From: a virus
Taxonomy: Duplodnaviria; Caudoviricetes
Strand: one strand, 5' to 3'
Virus record (IMG/VR): IMGVR_UViG_3300009159_006334
Location: 1-52,868 of that record
DNA: 52,868 bases
The translations under genes were made by a program, and so were the position numbers. This document shows, in pieces, positions 28,143 to 38,338 of the stretch. The first letter of the stretch is position 1. Every line of letters begins with the position of its first letter. The notes below the pieces were generated by a model. The model saw nothing but the letters and a program-made list of their open reading frames with translations, ran no database searches and was not told the DNA's origin.

Positions 28143-29312
28143 TTACAAATAATTAAATTCAGTTAAATAATCATGTATGCTTAATCCTCTAATATAATCA
28201 ATACTTTTGATATAATCAACGAAATCGCTGTAAAAAATTGAATAATCTTTACTTAATTCGCTAGATAATCGCTTTGCCTTATCTTCTGGTAGTTTTTCTA
28301 AAGGCACTTCTCCTTTAAATAGACTTGCATGTAAGTATTCTGGCCAATACACGTAGTTGTGTTCTATTTTAAAGCCTTTTTGTGTGAAGTATTCGTAGAA
28401 ATTTCCTACATTATGCACATTTAAAGCACTTATTGTTTGAGTAACTCTTATATCAAAGGAATTTCCATTTAATAAGTCTAAATTAGTTTCAGTAACGTCG
28501 AACTTAGATGGATATCTTATATACTCATTTCTTTTTCCTAAGTCGTCGATAGATACGTTTAATTGAACGTTTTTAAATTGTTTCCACAGTTCTATAACTT
28601 TAGGCGTAATTAAAGTTAGATTAATGCTATATAATAACCTTATTTTGCTATTTAATCCCAAGTCGCAAAGTTTTTGTAGAAAGTACAGGTGTTCTTTAAT
28701 TAGCATCGGTTCTCCCCCGTTTATGTATATCTCCTCAAGGTTTTTCGCATTATCTAACAACTCATCGTACCATTTTATATCTTTGTACCAAGTACTAAAG
28801 CTCTTATCAATAGAATAGAAGCCAGATTGAAATTTTTCAGGCAATTCTGCTACATCTTCATTCCATTTGGTACTACTCATTGGATTACACGTTAAACATT
28901 TTAAGTTACAAACATTTCCAATCCGTAATTCAACTACTTTATAATCTAATTGCTTTAATGCACCGTCTTTATTGACCATTTCCTGAAGTTCTTCTAAGCT
29001 ATGTTGATACTTTTCATTTTCGTACATTCTTTTACTTATTCCTCCTGCTCTTTCTAATTTATAACAGCCTGCACACTCTTTAGGTTCTTCTCCACTTAAC
29101 ATTTTAACTCTTACGCCACAGAAGTTTTTTGAATTAGAGATTTGACTTAAAGTCTCTCGTCCTAGTATATTTAAATCTTCATTCTTAGAAAAGGAGAAGC
29201 CATTTGACATGTCTGATTGACAGCAGGGTGTAACAACGCCGTTAGGATGCGTTGCTAAGTGTATAAAAGGTAGTACACACGCTTTAGTCTTATTTAAATC
29301 TTGTTCCACCAC
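28143..29312 (-). CDS. Radical SAM protein with N-terminal Twitch-like domain
   Basis: CVLPF...PCC...CAGC; CNLKCLTC; GGEPM; SIDD; EYIRYP. Confidence 0.88.
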   Translation of the reverse strand: MVEQDLNKTKACVLPFIHLATHPNGVVTPCCQSDMSNGFSFSKNEDLNILGRETLSQISNSKNFCGVRVKMLSGEEPKECAGCYKLERAGGISKRMYENEKYQHSLEELQEMVNKDGALKQLDYKVVELRIGNVCNLKCLTCNPMSSTKWNEDVAELPEKFQSGFYSIDKSFSTWYKDIKWYDELLDNAKNLEEIYINGGEPMLIKEHLYFLQKLCDLGLNSKIRLLYSINLTLITPKVIELWKQFKNVQLNVSIDDLGKRNEYIRYPSKFDVTETNLDLLNGNSFDIRVTQTISALNVHNVGNFYEYFTQKGFKIEHNYVYWPEYLHASLFKGEVPLEKLPEDKAKRLSSELSKDYSIFYSDFVDYIKSIDYIRGLSIHDYLTEFNYL

Positions 29313-30595
29313 TCAATTAATGCTTTATTTTGTGAAAATATCTTTTCGATAACCCCTTTATTATCTCTAAACGCATCTACAAATTCAATTCTTTGTTTAC
29401 CTGCTTTAATTCCTTCACGATAATCTGTAAACTGTTCTTCAAAAGTTTTTTTATTCTTTAAATTTAAAATTGCATCGTAATATATGCCTGTTTTAACATG
29501 GTCTAAGATATCATCTAAGATAGGCTCTAGAATTGGTCTAGGAATCATCAAAGGTGACATTATAATGGAGCTATCAAAAGCAAATGTCGTTTTAATTAAA
29601 GTATTTACATTTAACTCTTTAGATAGATCGTATAAATCCTTAATTGAAAATAACCCTGGAGATGTAATCGTTAAATCAAAGGTAATTCCGTATGAACCGT
29701 AAAGGTCGTTCAAAAATAAGCCCTGTTTAAAGTTATCTAACCAATTATCCCATTTAATTCCATGTCTAACATACTCTACTATCTCTCCTGTACCGTCTAT
29801 ACTCGCACAAACTTGTACGTCTTTAAAATGAGGTAGTAGATCGTAAAGGTTTTGACCTTTGAAACTAATTCTACTTAGGTTAGTGTTGTATCTAATTGTA
29901 ACATTCTTTGATTGACCATTATCAACTAAGTACTTCATTACTTCCCAATGTATGTCCCACATTAAAGGCTCACCTCCTACTCAATAAATCTCTTCTATTG
30001 AACCATCTTTTACTGCATTCCACAATTCAACCTCCGTAACTTCTTCTTTAAACTTTTTGAACTTGTCTTGGTTTATTTTACTATAAAAGGGTTCTCTTTT
30101 TTCATCAACTCCCATAATCTTTCTCTCTGCTTCCCATTGTGAACTTAGTAAATCACCACACATTCTACATTTAAAGTTACATAGATTACTTATCCTATAG
30201 TCAAATGAAATTGGTTTCATCGTTGTAAAGCCATTTTCATCTGTCTTTTCAAATATCTCGTCAACTTTATGTGGAAATAGCTTTTTAGTAAAATAGTCTT
30301 TATAGGTATTAATATTTAAAATCTGCTCATTACAGACTTGACATTGTGAAATAGATTCTCCCTGCATTATTCTCTTCCTAAGATCCATCATATAGGTACT
30401 ATTCCAATGTTCCTCTAATGATTTAGGATTAAATGTAGAATCAATGTCTGGATTCTCTAAGTCTAAGTATTGTTTAATATAATCAGCCTTTTCTCTACTA
30501 GCACAACATAAACGTCTTTCACCTTGAGGAGACAAATAAGTATGTGTCCAAGGTGCTACACAGAAGTAGGGACTTAGTTGGTCAGGTTTATTCAT
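29294..30595 (-). pseudogene. Radical SAM gene interrupted by one in-frame TGA (29981-29983); 433 codons if read through
   Basis: Track ORFs 29981-30595 and 29294-29962 are in the same frame: ...IEEIY-TGA-VGGEPLMWDIH...; CNFKCRMC upstream, YNTN and SIDG downstream. Confidence 0.8.
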
Positions 30596-31808
30596 TAAAA
30601 AACTTAAAAAGTGAGGGATAGTCTTCTTTTATAATATCATATGTGCTTTCGTCTCTTACATAATCAAAGAAAGTAAAGTTTCTATACTCTGCTTTAATCT
30701 CATCGTCGCTATAATCCTTACTCCACATAAATCTTAGTACTGAATCAATATCGCTCTGATATCTTCCCCAGTCATAAATTCTCCACTTATCCTCTATTCT
30801 CTGTTTTTCACTATTAGGTAGTACTGCGATAGACATATGGTTAGGATAATGTATTATATTATTCCATATTTTAAATTCTGGAGTATTTTGCTTAACCCAA
30901 TCGTGAAATTCTGGTAATCTATAAGCATTTACCCAACTTATAGTATAGGTGTAATTAAATCCTACACCTGGTTTATTTAACTTCTTGTAAAAATCATAAT
31001 ACCTAAGGCAGTTAGCTTTAGTTTCTTCCCAAATACCATTCTTTCTCAAGTATTCGTACATCTTACCTATTCCGTCTACACTTAATCCAATTCCTACCGC
31101 TTTAAAATTAGTACAGATTTTGCTGAGTAATTCTTCGTTAAAAATAGAACCGTTAGAAGACATTGCTATATCAATATTCTTACTATATCCCTTCTCTACT
31201 AAAAACTCTAATACTGTTTTCCACTTCTCAATGTAAAAAGGTTCTCCTCCTACAATTTCAAGCCTTTTAACTTTTTGTCCCCAATCATCTAAGTTGTTCA
31301 AGAATATACTTTCACTACCTCCAGGTTGACCATAAGGCATTAAAAACTTATGTACATAGTCGTTAGTACCTACAGGAACTTCTGGTAGGTTATTTATCTC
31401 TTTTTGCCATTGAGTACTATGTGATGTACCGCAACTTCTACACTTTAAATTACAAGCATTACTTATAATAATTTGATAGTCTATTGGATACTCGTTAACA
31501 GTTTCTGTATTAACTTCAAGTCCTTGACTACTAAAAATATCATTGTAAATTTGTCTCTTACTCTTATAGCCATTAGACTCATCTACCCAACAAGTCTCGC
31601 ATCCTTTAGGTTTTTCTCCTTTTAAAAACTGTTCTCTCAAATCATTCATATAATCACTATGAAAAATATCTTTCACAGAATCATTTTGAACATAGAATAA
31701 CGAACCATCTTCCTTTTGGATATTGCCTTTGTAAATACAGCAGGGTCTAGCAGATCCATTTGGATCGTTAGAGAACCCTGCCCACGGTAATTTACATATA
31801 CTACTCAT
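30588..31808 (-). CDS. Radical SAM protein with N-terminal Twitch-like domain
   Basis: CKLPW...PCC...CETC; CNLKCRSC; GGEPF; SVDG. Confidence 0.88.
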   Translation of the reverse strand: MSSICKLPWAGFSNDPNGSARPCCIYKGNIQKEDGSLFYVQNDSVKDIFHSDYMNDLREQFLKGEKPKGCETCWVDESNGYKSKRQIYNDIFSSQGLEVNTETVNEYPIDYQIIISNACNLKCRSCGTSHSTQWQKEINNLPEVPVGTNDYVHKFLMPYGQPGGSESIFLNNLDDWGQKVKRLEIVGGEPFYIEKWKTVLEFLVEKGYSKNIDIAMSSNGSIFNEELLSKICTNFKAVGIGLSVDGIGKMYEYLRKNGIWEETKANCLRYYDFYKKLNKPGVGFNYTYTISWVNAYRLPEFHDWVKQNTPEFKIWNNIIHYPNHMSIAVLPNSEKQRIEDKWRIYDWGRYQSDIDSVLRFMWSKDYSDDEIKAEYRNFTFFDYVRDESTYDIIKEDYPSLFKFFNE

Positions 31809-33372
31809 TGTTCTTAATAAAGTTTAACATTTCATCTTGTTGATCTGGTTCAATAAAGTCTTGAGCGCCTGGATTTGCCCATTGTGGGTTTAGTATCCAT
31901 CCTTCTTTCTTGGCTGTCTCCATTACTTCAGTAACATACTTGTTTGATTTGCCATCATCACCATCAACAAGTTCTTTAATAGGTGCTATATTTGTTATAG
32001 GAATTGAATCCCACCACTCCTTAAGCATAGGAAACGTTTCAATAAAGTTTTTATTTCTTCTAATATCGTATTGAGTATAAAAAGACTTAAAGTCTCTTTC
32101 TCTAGATTCTAAAGAAGAAGTGTGGTTATGTCCAGTTTCAATTTGTCTGATATAAGATACCATTCTCATCATTCCATCTCTTTCCCAATCTTGAAAATAG
32201 TTTGCACCTCCGTCATAGTTATCTAGTATCCACTTTTCAATATGATTTGCTCTCTCCTCTCTAACATGTTTAGGTAGGGTTACTATTGATTGAAAGGAAG
32301 GAAAGCGTAATATGTTAAATGAGCAATGAGGTGAAGGAGTTTTATACTCTCTTTTTAACCTTAGAATTTCATCCATAAAGTCAGTAATAGAAAATAAGCA
32401 TAATGCGTTAATTGTCATCATACAGTTTATAGATTTTACATTACCCTCCTTTAGCATCCTTTCTACATTACCTATCCACTTTTCCCACTTTAAACCGTCT
32501 CTGATATATTCAGCATGTGCACCAAAAGATTCACAGCTAGTATATAAATGAAAGCTTTTAATATTATGACTTGCTTTTAATAGTTCTTCAAATAATTCAT
32601 CTTTCTGTCCTAAATTAGAATTAACTGCAAAGTCAACTGCGCAATCTTTATGATTTTCCCACCATTTCATTAACTTCCAAAAGTCTTGAGACATAGTAGG
32701 TTCACCTCCTGTTACTCTTAGCTCTCTTAATGAGTGTTGTAACTCTGCTTCCCACCATTTCCAAAAAGCTTCGATATAAGGATTACCTTCGTTCTTTTTA
32801 CCGTAAGGTAATGAGTGAGATCCATCATGTTGAAAGGCTGCTGCACCGTCACTTACTAAGTTTTGATAGGCTCCATTCTTTTTAATATCGTTTTGCCATG
32901 TAGTACTAAAAGAAGCATTACAATAAGAGCATGCGAAATTGCAGTTAGGATCAAAAGCTATTTCTAGTGTTTTTAAATCTACATCTTCTGTCCAACTTAA
33001 TTTAGTTTTAGCTTCTAATAGCTCTTCGTCAGAATAGATAACGGATTTATAGACTCTATCTGAAACTTTATCAGGTCCTAGATCTTCTATCTTCCAACAG
33101 TAATCACATTCCTTAGGTCTTTCACCTTCTAGCATTTGCTTTCTAACAAGCTTCTTATATTGAGTATTGTGAATTGCTTTATAGCTCATAGCTACCTCTT
33201 CTAAAGGTATTTGGTGTGCTGGCGGATGGTGACAGCTAGCGTTTGTTCCATTGCCTAGCCAAATAGTTGCATTATACCATTTTGCTCCACAAAAAGATGG
33301 CGAAACAGAGTTAATTGCTCTATCTCTATACTCTGTATAGCTTTCGTTATCTTTTTTTGCGTAAACTCCCAT
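31801..33372 (-). CDS. Radical SAM protein (N-terminal CHH variant)
   Basis: CGAKW...SCHHP...CDYCW; CNFACSYC; TGGEP; EYIRDG. Confidence 0.88.
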   Translation of the reverse strand: MGVYAKKDNESYTEYRDRAINSVSPSFCGAKWYNATIWLGNGTNASCHHPPAHQIPLEEVAMSYKAIHNTQYKKLVRKQMLEGERPKECDYCWKIEDLGPDKVSDRVYKSVIYSDEELLEAKTKLSWTEDVDLKTLEIAFDPNCNFACSYCNASFSTTWQNDIKKNGAYQNLVSDGAAAFQHDGSHSLPYGKKNEGNPYIEAFWKWWEAELQHSLRELRVTGGEPTMSQDFWKLMKWWENHKDCAVDFAVNSNLGQKDELFEELLKASHNIKSFHLYTSCESFGAHAEYIRDGLKWEKWIGNVERMLKEGNVKSINCMMTINALCLFSITDFMDEILRLKREYKTPSPHCSFNILRFPSFQSIVTLPKHVREERANHIEKWILDNYDGGANYFQDWERDGMMRMVSYIRQIETGHNHTSSLESRERDFKSFYTQYDIRRNKNFIETFPMLKEWWDSIPITNIAPIKELVDGDDGKSNKYVTEVMETAKKEGWILNPQWANPGAQDFIEPDQQDEMLNFIKNNE

Positions 33373-33375
33373 ATT

Positions 33376-33954
33376 TTATATTTTATGTAGAAAATTACAA
33401 TTTCCTGTTTTATCAAAACTCTTATTATGAATAAAAACATCAAAGTCATGCTCTGATATTACTTTACTATCTCTTGTTATTACTAATTTATATAAGATTA
33501 CATCTAGATAGTTTAAATTAAATCCGTTTTTAGGAAAATTACCTGCTCCAAATACTAAATGAGAATTTTTATCGCTGTCTAGTTTACTTTCCAGGGTAAG
33601 GTTATATACCGTAACTCCATTAAGAGAAATTCCTAATTGATTCTTAACCTTAACTATTTTTAAATCATACTTTATTCCAGGTTCCCATATATAATCAATA
33701 AACTTACAGATTGTTTCACCATTACAAGTATAGAGAAAGGATATTCCGTATTGCTCAAAATCAAAGCCTAAGTAGGAAGGTAGTTTTGCAAAAAGACTAG
33801 ATTTTTCTGTAATCGGTTTAATTAATTCAAAAACTAAATGAAACATAAAATTTCCCTCGTAATCAAAAATCTTATTAGCAGGATTATCTATAAAATTATC
33901 TACCAGGTTATCAGGCCACATTGCCCATGGATTACCCTTTTCTATTCTTAACAT
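33376..33954 (-). CDS. Concanavalin A/LamG-like beta-sandwich protein
   Basis: Beta-rich pattern, ISLNG, LVFGAGN; resembles the inserts in neighbouring GT7 genes. Confidence 0.45.
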   Translation of the reverse strand: MLRIEKGNPWAMWPDNLVDNFIDNPANKIFDYEGNFMFHLVFELIKPITEKSSLFAKLPSYLGFDFEQYGISFLYTCNGETICKFIDYIWEPGIKYDLKIVKVKNQLGISLNGVTVYNLTLESKLDSDKNSHLVFGAGNFPKNGFNLNYLDVILYKLVITRDSKVISEHDFDVFIHNKSFDKTGNCNFLHKI

Positions 33955-35320
33955 CTTCGTATAAGTTTTTTAATTCGGGGAAAGTTTCTAAAAAATTTGT
34001 ACCTCTTCTAGTATCGTGTTCGTCAACAAATAAAACAAAATCGTGTTTATTTTTTTCAACATCAAAACTATCATCTTCTGATATTGCATAGTCGTATATT
34101 CTTTTTATTTTTTGAACTTCTATATCAGAAAATCCAATATTACTATGTTTAAATTCGGGTGTTGTATAGTAAAATGCTTTCTTAGCTGCTTCTAATATTA
34201 ATTCTTTATGTTTTTTATCAAGTATTTTAACCGATTGGTGAGTTGGAAACCTCAGATAGGAAGTATCTAACTGAATTGGCGATACCCAATAGCGTTCAGT
34301 CGTTTGGTATTTTTGTTTTAATTCAAAAACCTTATCAATTAATTTATCGTAACTAAATACTGACATTACATTAAAAGTAGCCATTACAACTATAGAAACA
34401 GTGGGTAGCTCTGATAAGATATACTCTACGTTTTCTATAAATAAGTTAAAGTCTAATCCGTTTCTAATATATTCTGCTTGAGATCCCCAAGCTTCACAAG
34501 ATGTAAAAATTATAAACTCATTTACTCTTCCTTTCTCTATAATACTCTTAGCTACTTTTACAAACTTCTCAATTAAAACTTTAGGAGAGCCTAAGTTTGA
34601 ATTTATAGAAAGATTCAAGTTTCTATTAGGGAATTCTGTTGTATCTATGAATTCTAATACCTTCCATGTATCTTTTGATAGTAATGGTTCTCCACCAGTA
34701 ATCCTAAAGGTATGCAAATCGTTGTATAAATCAGGCCACCAATTCCAGAAAGATTCTACGTACGGATTCTCATCTGAATTTTTATAGGGGAGTTGGCTTA
34801 ATCTTTTATAATAGTCTATATCATTAAAATTTGTAGAAGTGGGATATGCACCATACTTTTCTATTTCCTCCATCCACTTAGACGAAAACATTGGACTACA
34901 GTATGAGCACTTAAAATTACAAGTATTAGCGAAACTTACTTCTACGTACTTTGGATTATAATTTGCTTTCCAATCAAGGCCTTTAATTTCTTCCATAAAA
35001 GGTAAGGACCAAGGTTCAGAAGATTTAAAAACTCTATCTGAAAATGAATTAGATGTTTTTTCTACATTCCAGCAATAATCACACTCGGCAGGCTTTTTAC
35101 CTTCTAACATCTCCTTTCTCTTTAACTTTTTAAAGTTAGTATTATGCAGAGCTGTGGGATTTACTCTTATTTCTTCGAGAGGTATTTTATGTGGTCCTGG
35201 ATGGTGGCATGAATGTGTCATTCCATTATGTAGATGCATAGTAACTTGCGTCCACTTTGCTAAACAGAAGCCACAGCCTTTACTATCTAATTCCTTTTTT
35301 ATATCATGTAAATGCTCCAT
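33932..35320 (-). CDS. Radical SAM protein (N-terminal CHH variant)
   Basis: CLAKW...SCHHP...CDYCW; CNFKCSYC; ITGGEPL; EYIRNG. Confidence 0.88.
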   Translation of the reverse strand: MEHLHDIKKELDSKGCGFCLAKWTQVTMHLHNGMTHSCHHPGPHKIPLEEIRVNPTALHNTNFKKLKRKEMLEGKKPAECDYCWNVEKTSNSFSDRVFKSSEPWSLPFMEEIKGLDWKANYNPKYVEVSFANTCNFKCSYCSPMFSSKWMEEIEKYGAYPTSTNFNDIDYYKRLSQLPYKNSDENPYVESFWNWWPDLYNDLHTFRITGGEPLLSKDTWKVLEFIDTTEFPNRNLNLSINSNLGSPKVLIEKFVKVAKSIIEKGRVNEFIIFTSCEAWGSQAEYIRNGLDFNLFIENVEYILSELPTVSIVVMATFNVMSVFSYDKLIDKVFELKQKYQTTERYWVSPIQLDTSYLRFPTHQSVKILDKKHKELILEAAKKAFYYTTPEFKHSNIGFSDIEVQKIKRIYDYAISEDDSFDVEKNKHDFVLFVDEHDTRRGTNFLETFPELKNLYEDVKNRKG

Positions 35321-36753
35321 TATAATACTACGTTTATCATTTTAGCTTTAGGAGTTAACTCTTCAATACTCACTAAAGTATATTTTAAATTATTCATACC
35401 ATCTGCTTTGTAATCTATCTTACCCTGCTGCATACCCATTATATAACGATATTCATTTTTGGCTGTTGTCTCTCCTTTTGCCCATTTTCCGTCCACAAAT
35501 CCTTCGTCAATATGATCTAAACAATCCATTCTACCTGGAGTTCTATGAGGTACGATTGTATGTGGTACTTTAATAGTTTCTTCTAATCTTTCGCAATTAG
35601 AAACAAGGCCATTATTGTTATTTCCTGTATTATCTTTTAGTAGCTTGTCGTTTAGAAAATCATAATCTAAAACAGCACCCTCTACTTTATTATTAAATGA
35701 AGATACGATTTCTTCTTGAGTTAAACACCTATTCCAAATTATTAACTTACCTATATCTCCTTTAAAATACTTAGCAGGATCGTTTTCATTAGCAGAAGGA
35801 GACATTCCTAAGTAATAATCTACATCGTCGTACCTTTTTAAGCCTCCTAAATAGGAAGCTGGGGAGTCAGTTCCAGTTCCACTTGCTGCTTGAGATTCTA
35901 TTCCGTTTAAATACGTATGTATTTTTTTACTATTTGCATCTACAGTAAATGTAACCCAGGTCCATTGATTTTCATATCTTTTCATCCACTGGTAAAGAGG
36001 TTTACTGAATATATCCCATAGCATCACCGTATAGGCTCTTGAATTATTATACGAAATACCGTAATCATATCCAGGTCTTCTAAAAATTGGATATTCTACG
36101 TATCTTTTATCTTCAGCTCCTATTAAATAAATTGGCATTTTCTTTTCTTGATGAAAAGCTCTAACTAATACACTTACCGTATGAGATTTATTAGTTAATT
36201 CATTTAAGGTTGGACTAGATGGAATTTTTACATGCGAATTATCACCATTAAATCTTAAAAAAGGTTTTGTTTTTTCGTAATTAACATAATCTATATTTGC
36301 ATAGCCTTCTAGTACACATCTCCAAAATAAATCATCATCTTCCATTCCCCAATCCCAATAGTCATTTGAATATCCATTAGTTCTTTCTACTTGCTCTTTG
36401 CTAAAAATTACAGCACCACCAAAGTAATCGGCATACTTTAAGTGGTAATTAGTTTTTGAAATGTGAATTGCAATATGTCTAGGATTATCTTCTGGAAAAG
36501 AATAGTCACAATTATCGTCTTCTGGAATCATGTCAATATCATGCCATACTATGTAGTCACAACCATCCTTAAACGCTTGTTCAGCAGCTATGTTTTTCAT
36601 AGCACCTCTATTAAACAGCTTATCATCTATTTGATGGCCAAAATACATACAGTATTCTATGCCTCTTTCTTCTAAAAAGTTTCCTACTCGAGGTATAAAC
36701 TGCTCTAAGTGAGCTTCTCTATTTCTATATGGTACGCAAACTCCTAATTTCAT
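35320..36753 (-). CDS. GT7 (beta-1,4-galactosyltransferase-like) glycosyltransferase with inserted LamG-like domain
   Basis: VPYRNR, FNRG, HDIDMIP, YFGG, NGYSNDYWDWGMEDDDL; insert with FNG...WTWVTFT...YLNG...FKGDI. Confidence 0.85.
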   Translation of the reverse strand: MKLGVCVPYRNREAHLEQFIPRVGNFLEERGIEYCMYFGHQIDDKLFNRGAMKNIAAEQAFKDGCDYIVWHDIDMIPEDDNCDYSFPEDNPRHIAIHISKTNYHLKYADYFGGAVIFSKEQVERTNGYSNDYWDWGMEDDDLFWRCVLEGYANIDYVNYEKTKPFLRFNGDNSHVKIPSSPTLNELTNKSHTVSVLVRAFHQEKKMPIYLIGAEDKRYVEYPIFRRPGYDYGISYNNSRAYTVMLWDIFSKPLYQWMKRYENQWTWVTFTVDANSKKIHTYLNGIESQAASGTGTDSPASYLGGLKRYDDVDYYLGMSPSANENDPAKYFKGDIGKLIIWNRCLTQEEIVSSFNNKVEGAVLDYDFLNDKLLKDNTGNNNNGLVSNCERLEETIKVPHTIVPHRTPGRMDCLDHIDEGFVDGKWAKGETTAKNEYRYIMGMQQGKIDYKADGMNNLKYTLVSIEELTPKAKMINVVL

Positions 36754-38162
36754 ATTCCTACATTTACGTGTACTTGATTTTCAATATGGGTATAGTTATG
36801 TACTTTATATTCACAATCACCCAGCCCATCTACGGTATGGTCTCCAAATCCTTTTGCTATTTCGTTATAATACCTTAATTGATTATATCTAGTATTAATA
36901 TCCTTCCATCCTCCTCCTGTAAATCCATTCTCAGCATGCGATATTAATTTAAACTTACTTTCTCTTCTAAAAGGAATATCTAGTATCTTACCCTCTTTAA
37001 AAGTATAAGCAACGATTTCACATTCAGTCATATACCCTCTATTACCTCCTGCAAGATCCATTAATTTATAATCCTTTACAAATTTAGAATCGTAATATAG
37101 TTTCAATAAATGAGCAGATTTGTAATTACCAAAATCTTGAGTTAATCCAAAAAATTTATTATCTGAAATCTCTTTAATCTCTTCTTCTTCTAATATTGTA
37201 TTATATACAGCAAAAGTATACAACAGTCCTTTAAAGAAATTAGAAGTTTTATCTCTGTGAGGATATCCACAGCCTAAGTAGAAATACTTTTCTGCTTTAT
37301 AATCTAATAACTCATTATACTCTGTTGAACCTACTAATTCTCCATCTTGAAACATTGTTATTATTCTTGTTCCTGGATTAATTGTAAGACAGATGTTAGT
37401 TCTATAAGTTGGTTTAATATCAGAAGTAATGTATATAACTTCTTTGTTACTATTATAAGCTGTAAACTTATATTTTTGATAAGAGTCATACGTTATAGCA
37501 AAATCTAAGCCTGGAATTGAAAATATAGTAAACTCATCGTCAAACTTATCATGATCTAAAGTTATTTCGTCTGGATAGAAGGTTATAAAAATAGAAGTTT
37601 CTTTAGTAAGGTCTATGTTATTATGACACTGTACGTAAGCATTATGTCCATTAAACTTTAGAGCGGCTGTATTACTGTAAGCCATCTTTAGTATTTTCTT
37701 ATCTAACGGAACGTGACTTATCTTACATCGATAAAGTAAATCATCATCTTCGAATCCCCATCCCCAATATTTGTTTGAAAATCCATTGATTAATTCAAAC
37801 ACTTCTATTGGAAATAAAGTTACACCTCCAAAGTAAGTATCAAATATACTACGATTTATTCCTTCATTAGATTCAAAACCAGTAGCAAGGTGTATAGGAA
37901 TGTCAGAATATGAATAATCTACGTCAATAGGAATCATATCTATGTCATGAAAAACTAAGTAGTCGCAGTGAAGAGCTTTAGCATAAGTATAACCTATGTT
38001 TAATAACTTTCCTCTATTAAACAACGAAGCATTATCTTGTTCTACAATAATTAATTCATAGGAAATACCTTTACTATCTAAGTAGTTACTTATAGCTTTT
38101 TTAAAGACTCCAAAATGCTCAAAGCGATCTCTATATGGTACGATTACTCCTAGCTTATGCAT
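36750..38162 (-). CDS. GT7 glycosyltransferase with inserted LamG-like domain (paralogue)
   Basis: VPYRDR, VEQ, FNRGKLLNIG, FHDIDMIP, YFGGV, NGFSNKYWGWGFEDDDL. Confidence 0.88.
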   Translation of the reverse strand: MHKLGVIVPYRDRFEHFGVFKKAISNYLDSKGISYELIIVEQDNASLFNRGKLLNIGYTYAKALHCDYLVFHDIDMIPIDVDYSYSDIPIHLATGFESNEGINRSIFDTYFGGVTLFPIEVFELINGFSNKYWGWGFEDDDLLYRCKISHVPLDKKILKMAYSNTAALKFNGHNAYVQCHNNIDLTKETSIFITFYPDEITLDHDKFDDEFTIFSIPGLDFAITYDSYQKYKFTAYNSNKEVIYITSDIKPTYRTNICLTINPGTRIITMFQDGELVGSTEYNELLDYKAEKYFYLGCGYPHRDKTSNFFKGLLYTFAVYNTILEEEEIKEISDNKFFGLTQDFGNYKSAHLLKLYYDSKFVKDYKLMDLAGGNRGYMTECEIVAYTFKEGKILDIPFRRESKFKLISHAENGFTGGGWKDINTRYNQLRYYNEIAKGFGDHTVDGLGDCEYKVHNYTHIENQVHVNVGI

Positions 38163-38337
38163 CTTTCTTACTTATTGTATGAAATTCTGATAAGTAAAAT
38201 TGAACTCTTTCGCTCCATTCGTTTTTATCTATTTCTTCAAACCATAAAGTTAGAGAGTCTAAAGAATTAGCGATTTTTTCTAACGCTTTTACTTTTCTAG
38301 TTTCTAAAAGGACTGCGTCTTTTTGTTCTTGTGTCAT
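38155..38337 (-). CDS. Hypothetical 60-aa protein
   Basis: Fills the gap between coupled genes. Confidence 0.6.
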   Translation of the reverse strand: MTQEQKDAVLLETRKVKALEKIANSLDSLTLWFEEIDKNEWSERVQFYLSEFHTISKKDA

Positions 38338-38338
38338 A

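Noticed and set aside
29981-29983. Genome-wide TGA recoding or selenocysteine insertion
   Set aside because: TGA and TAG terminate other genes at tight junctions, TGG is used for Trp, the position is not a Cys site in paralogues, and only a trivial 3-bp hairpin follows
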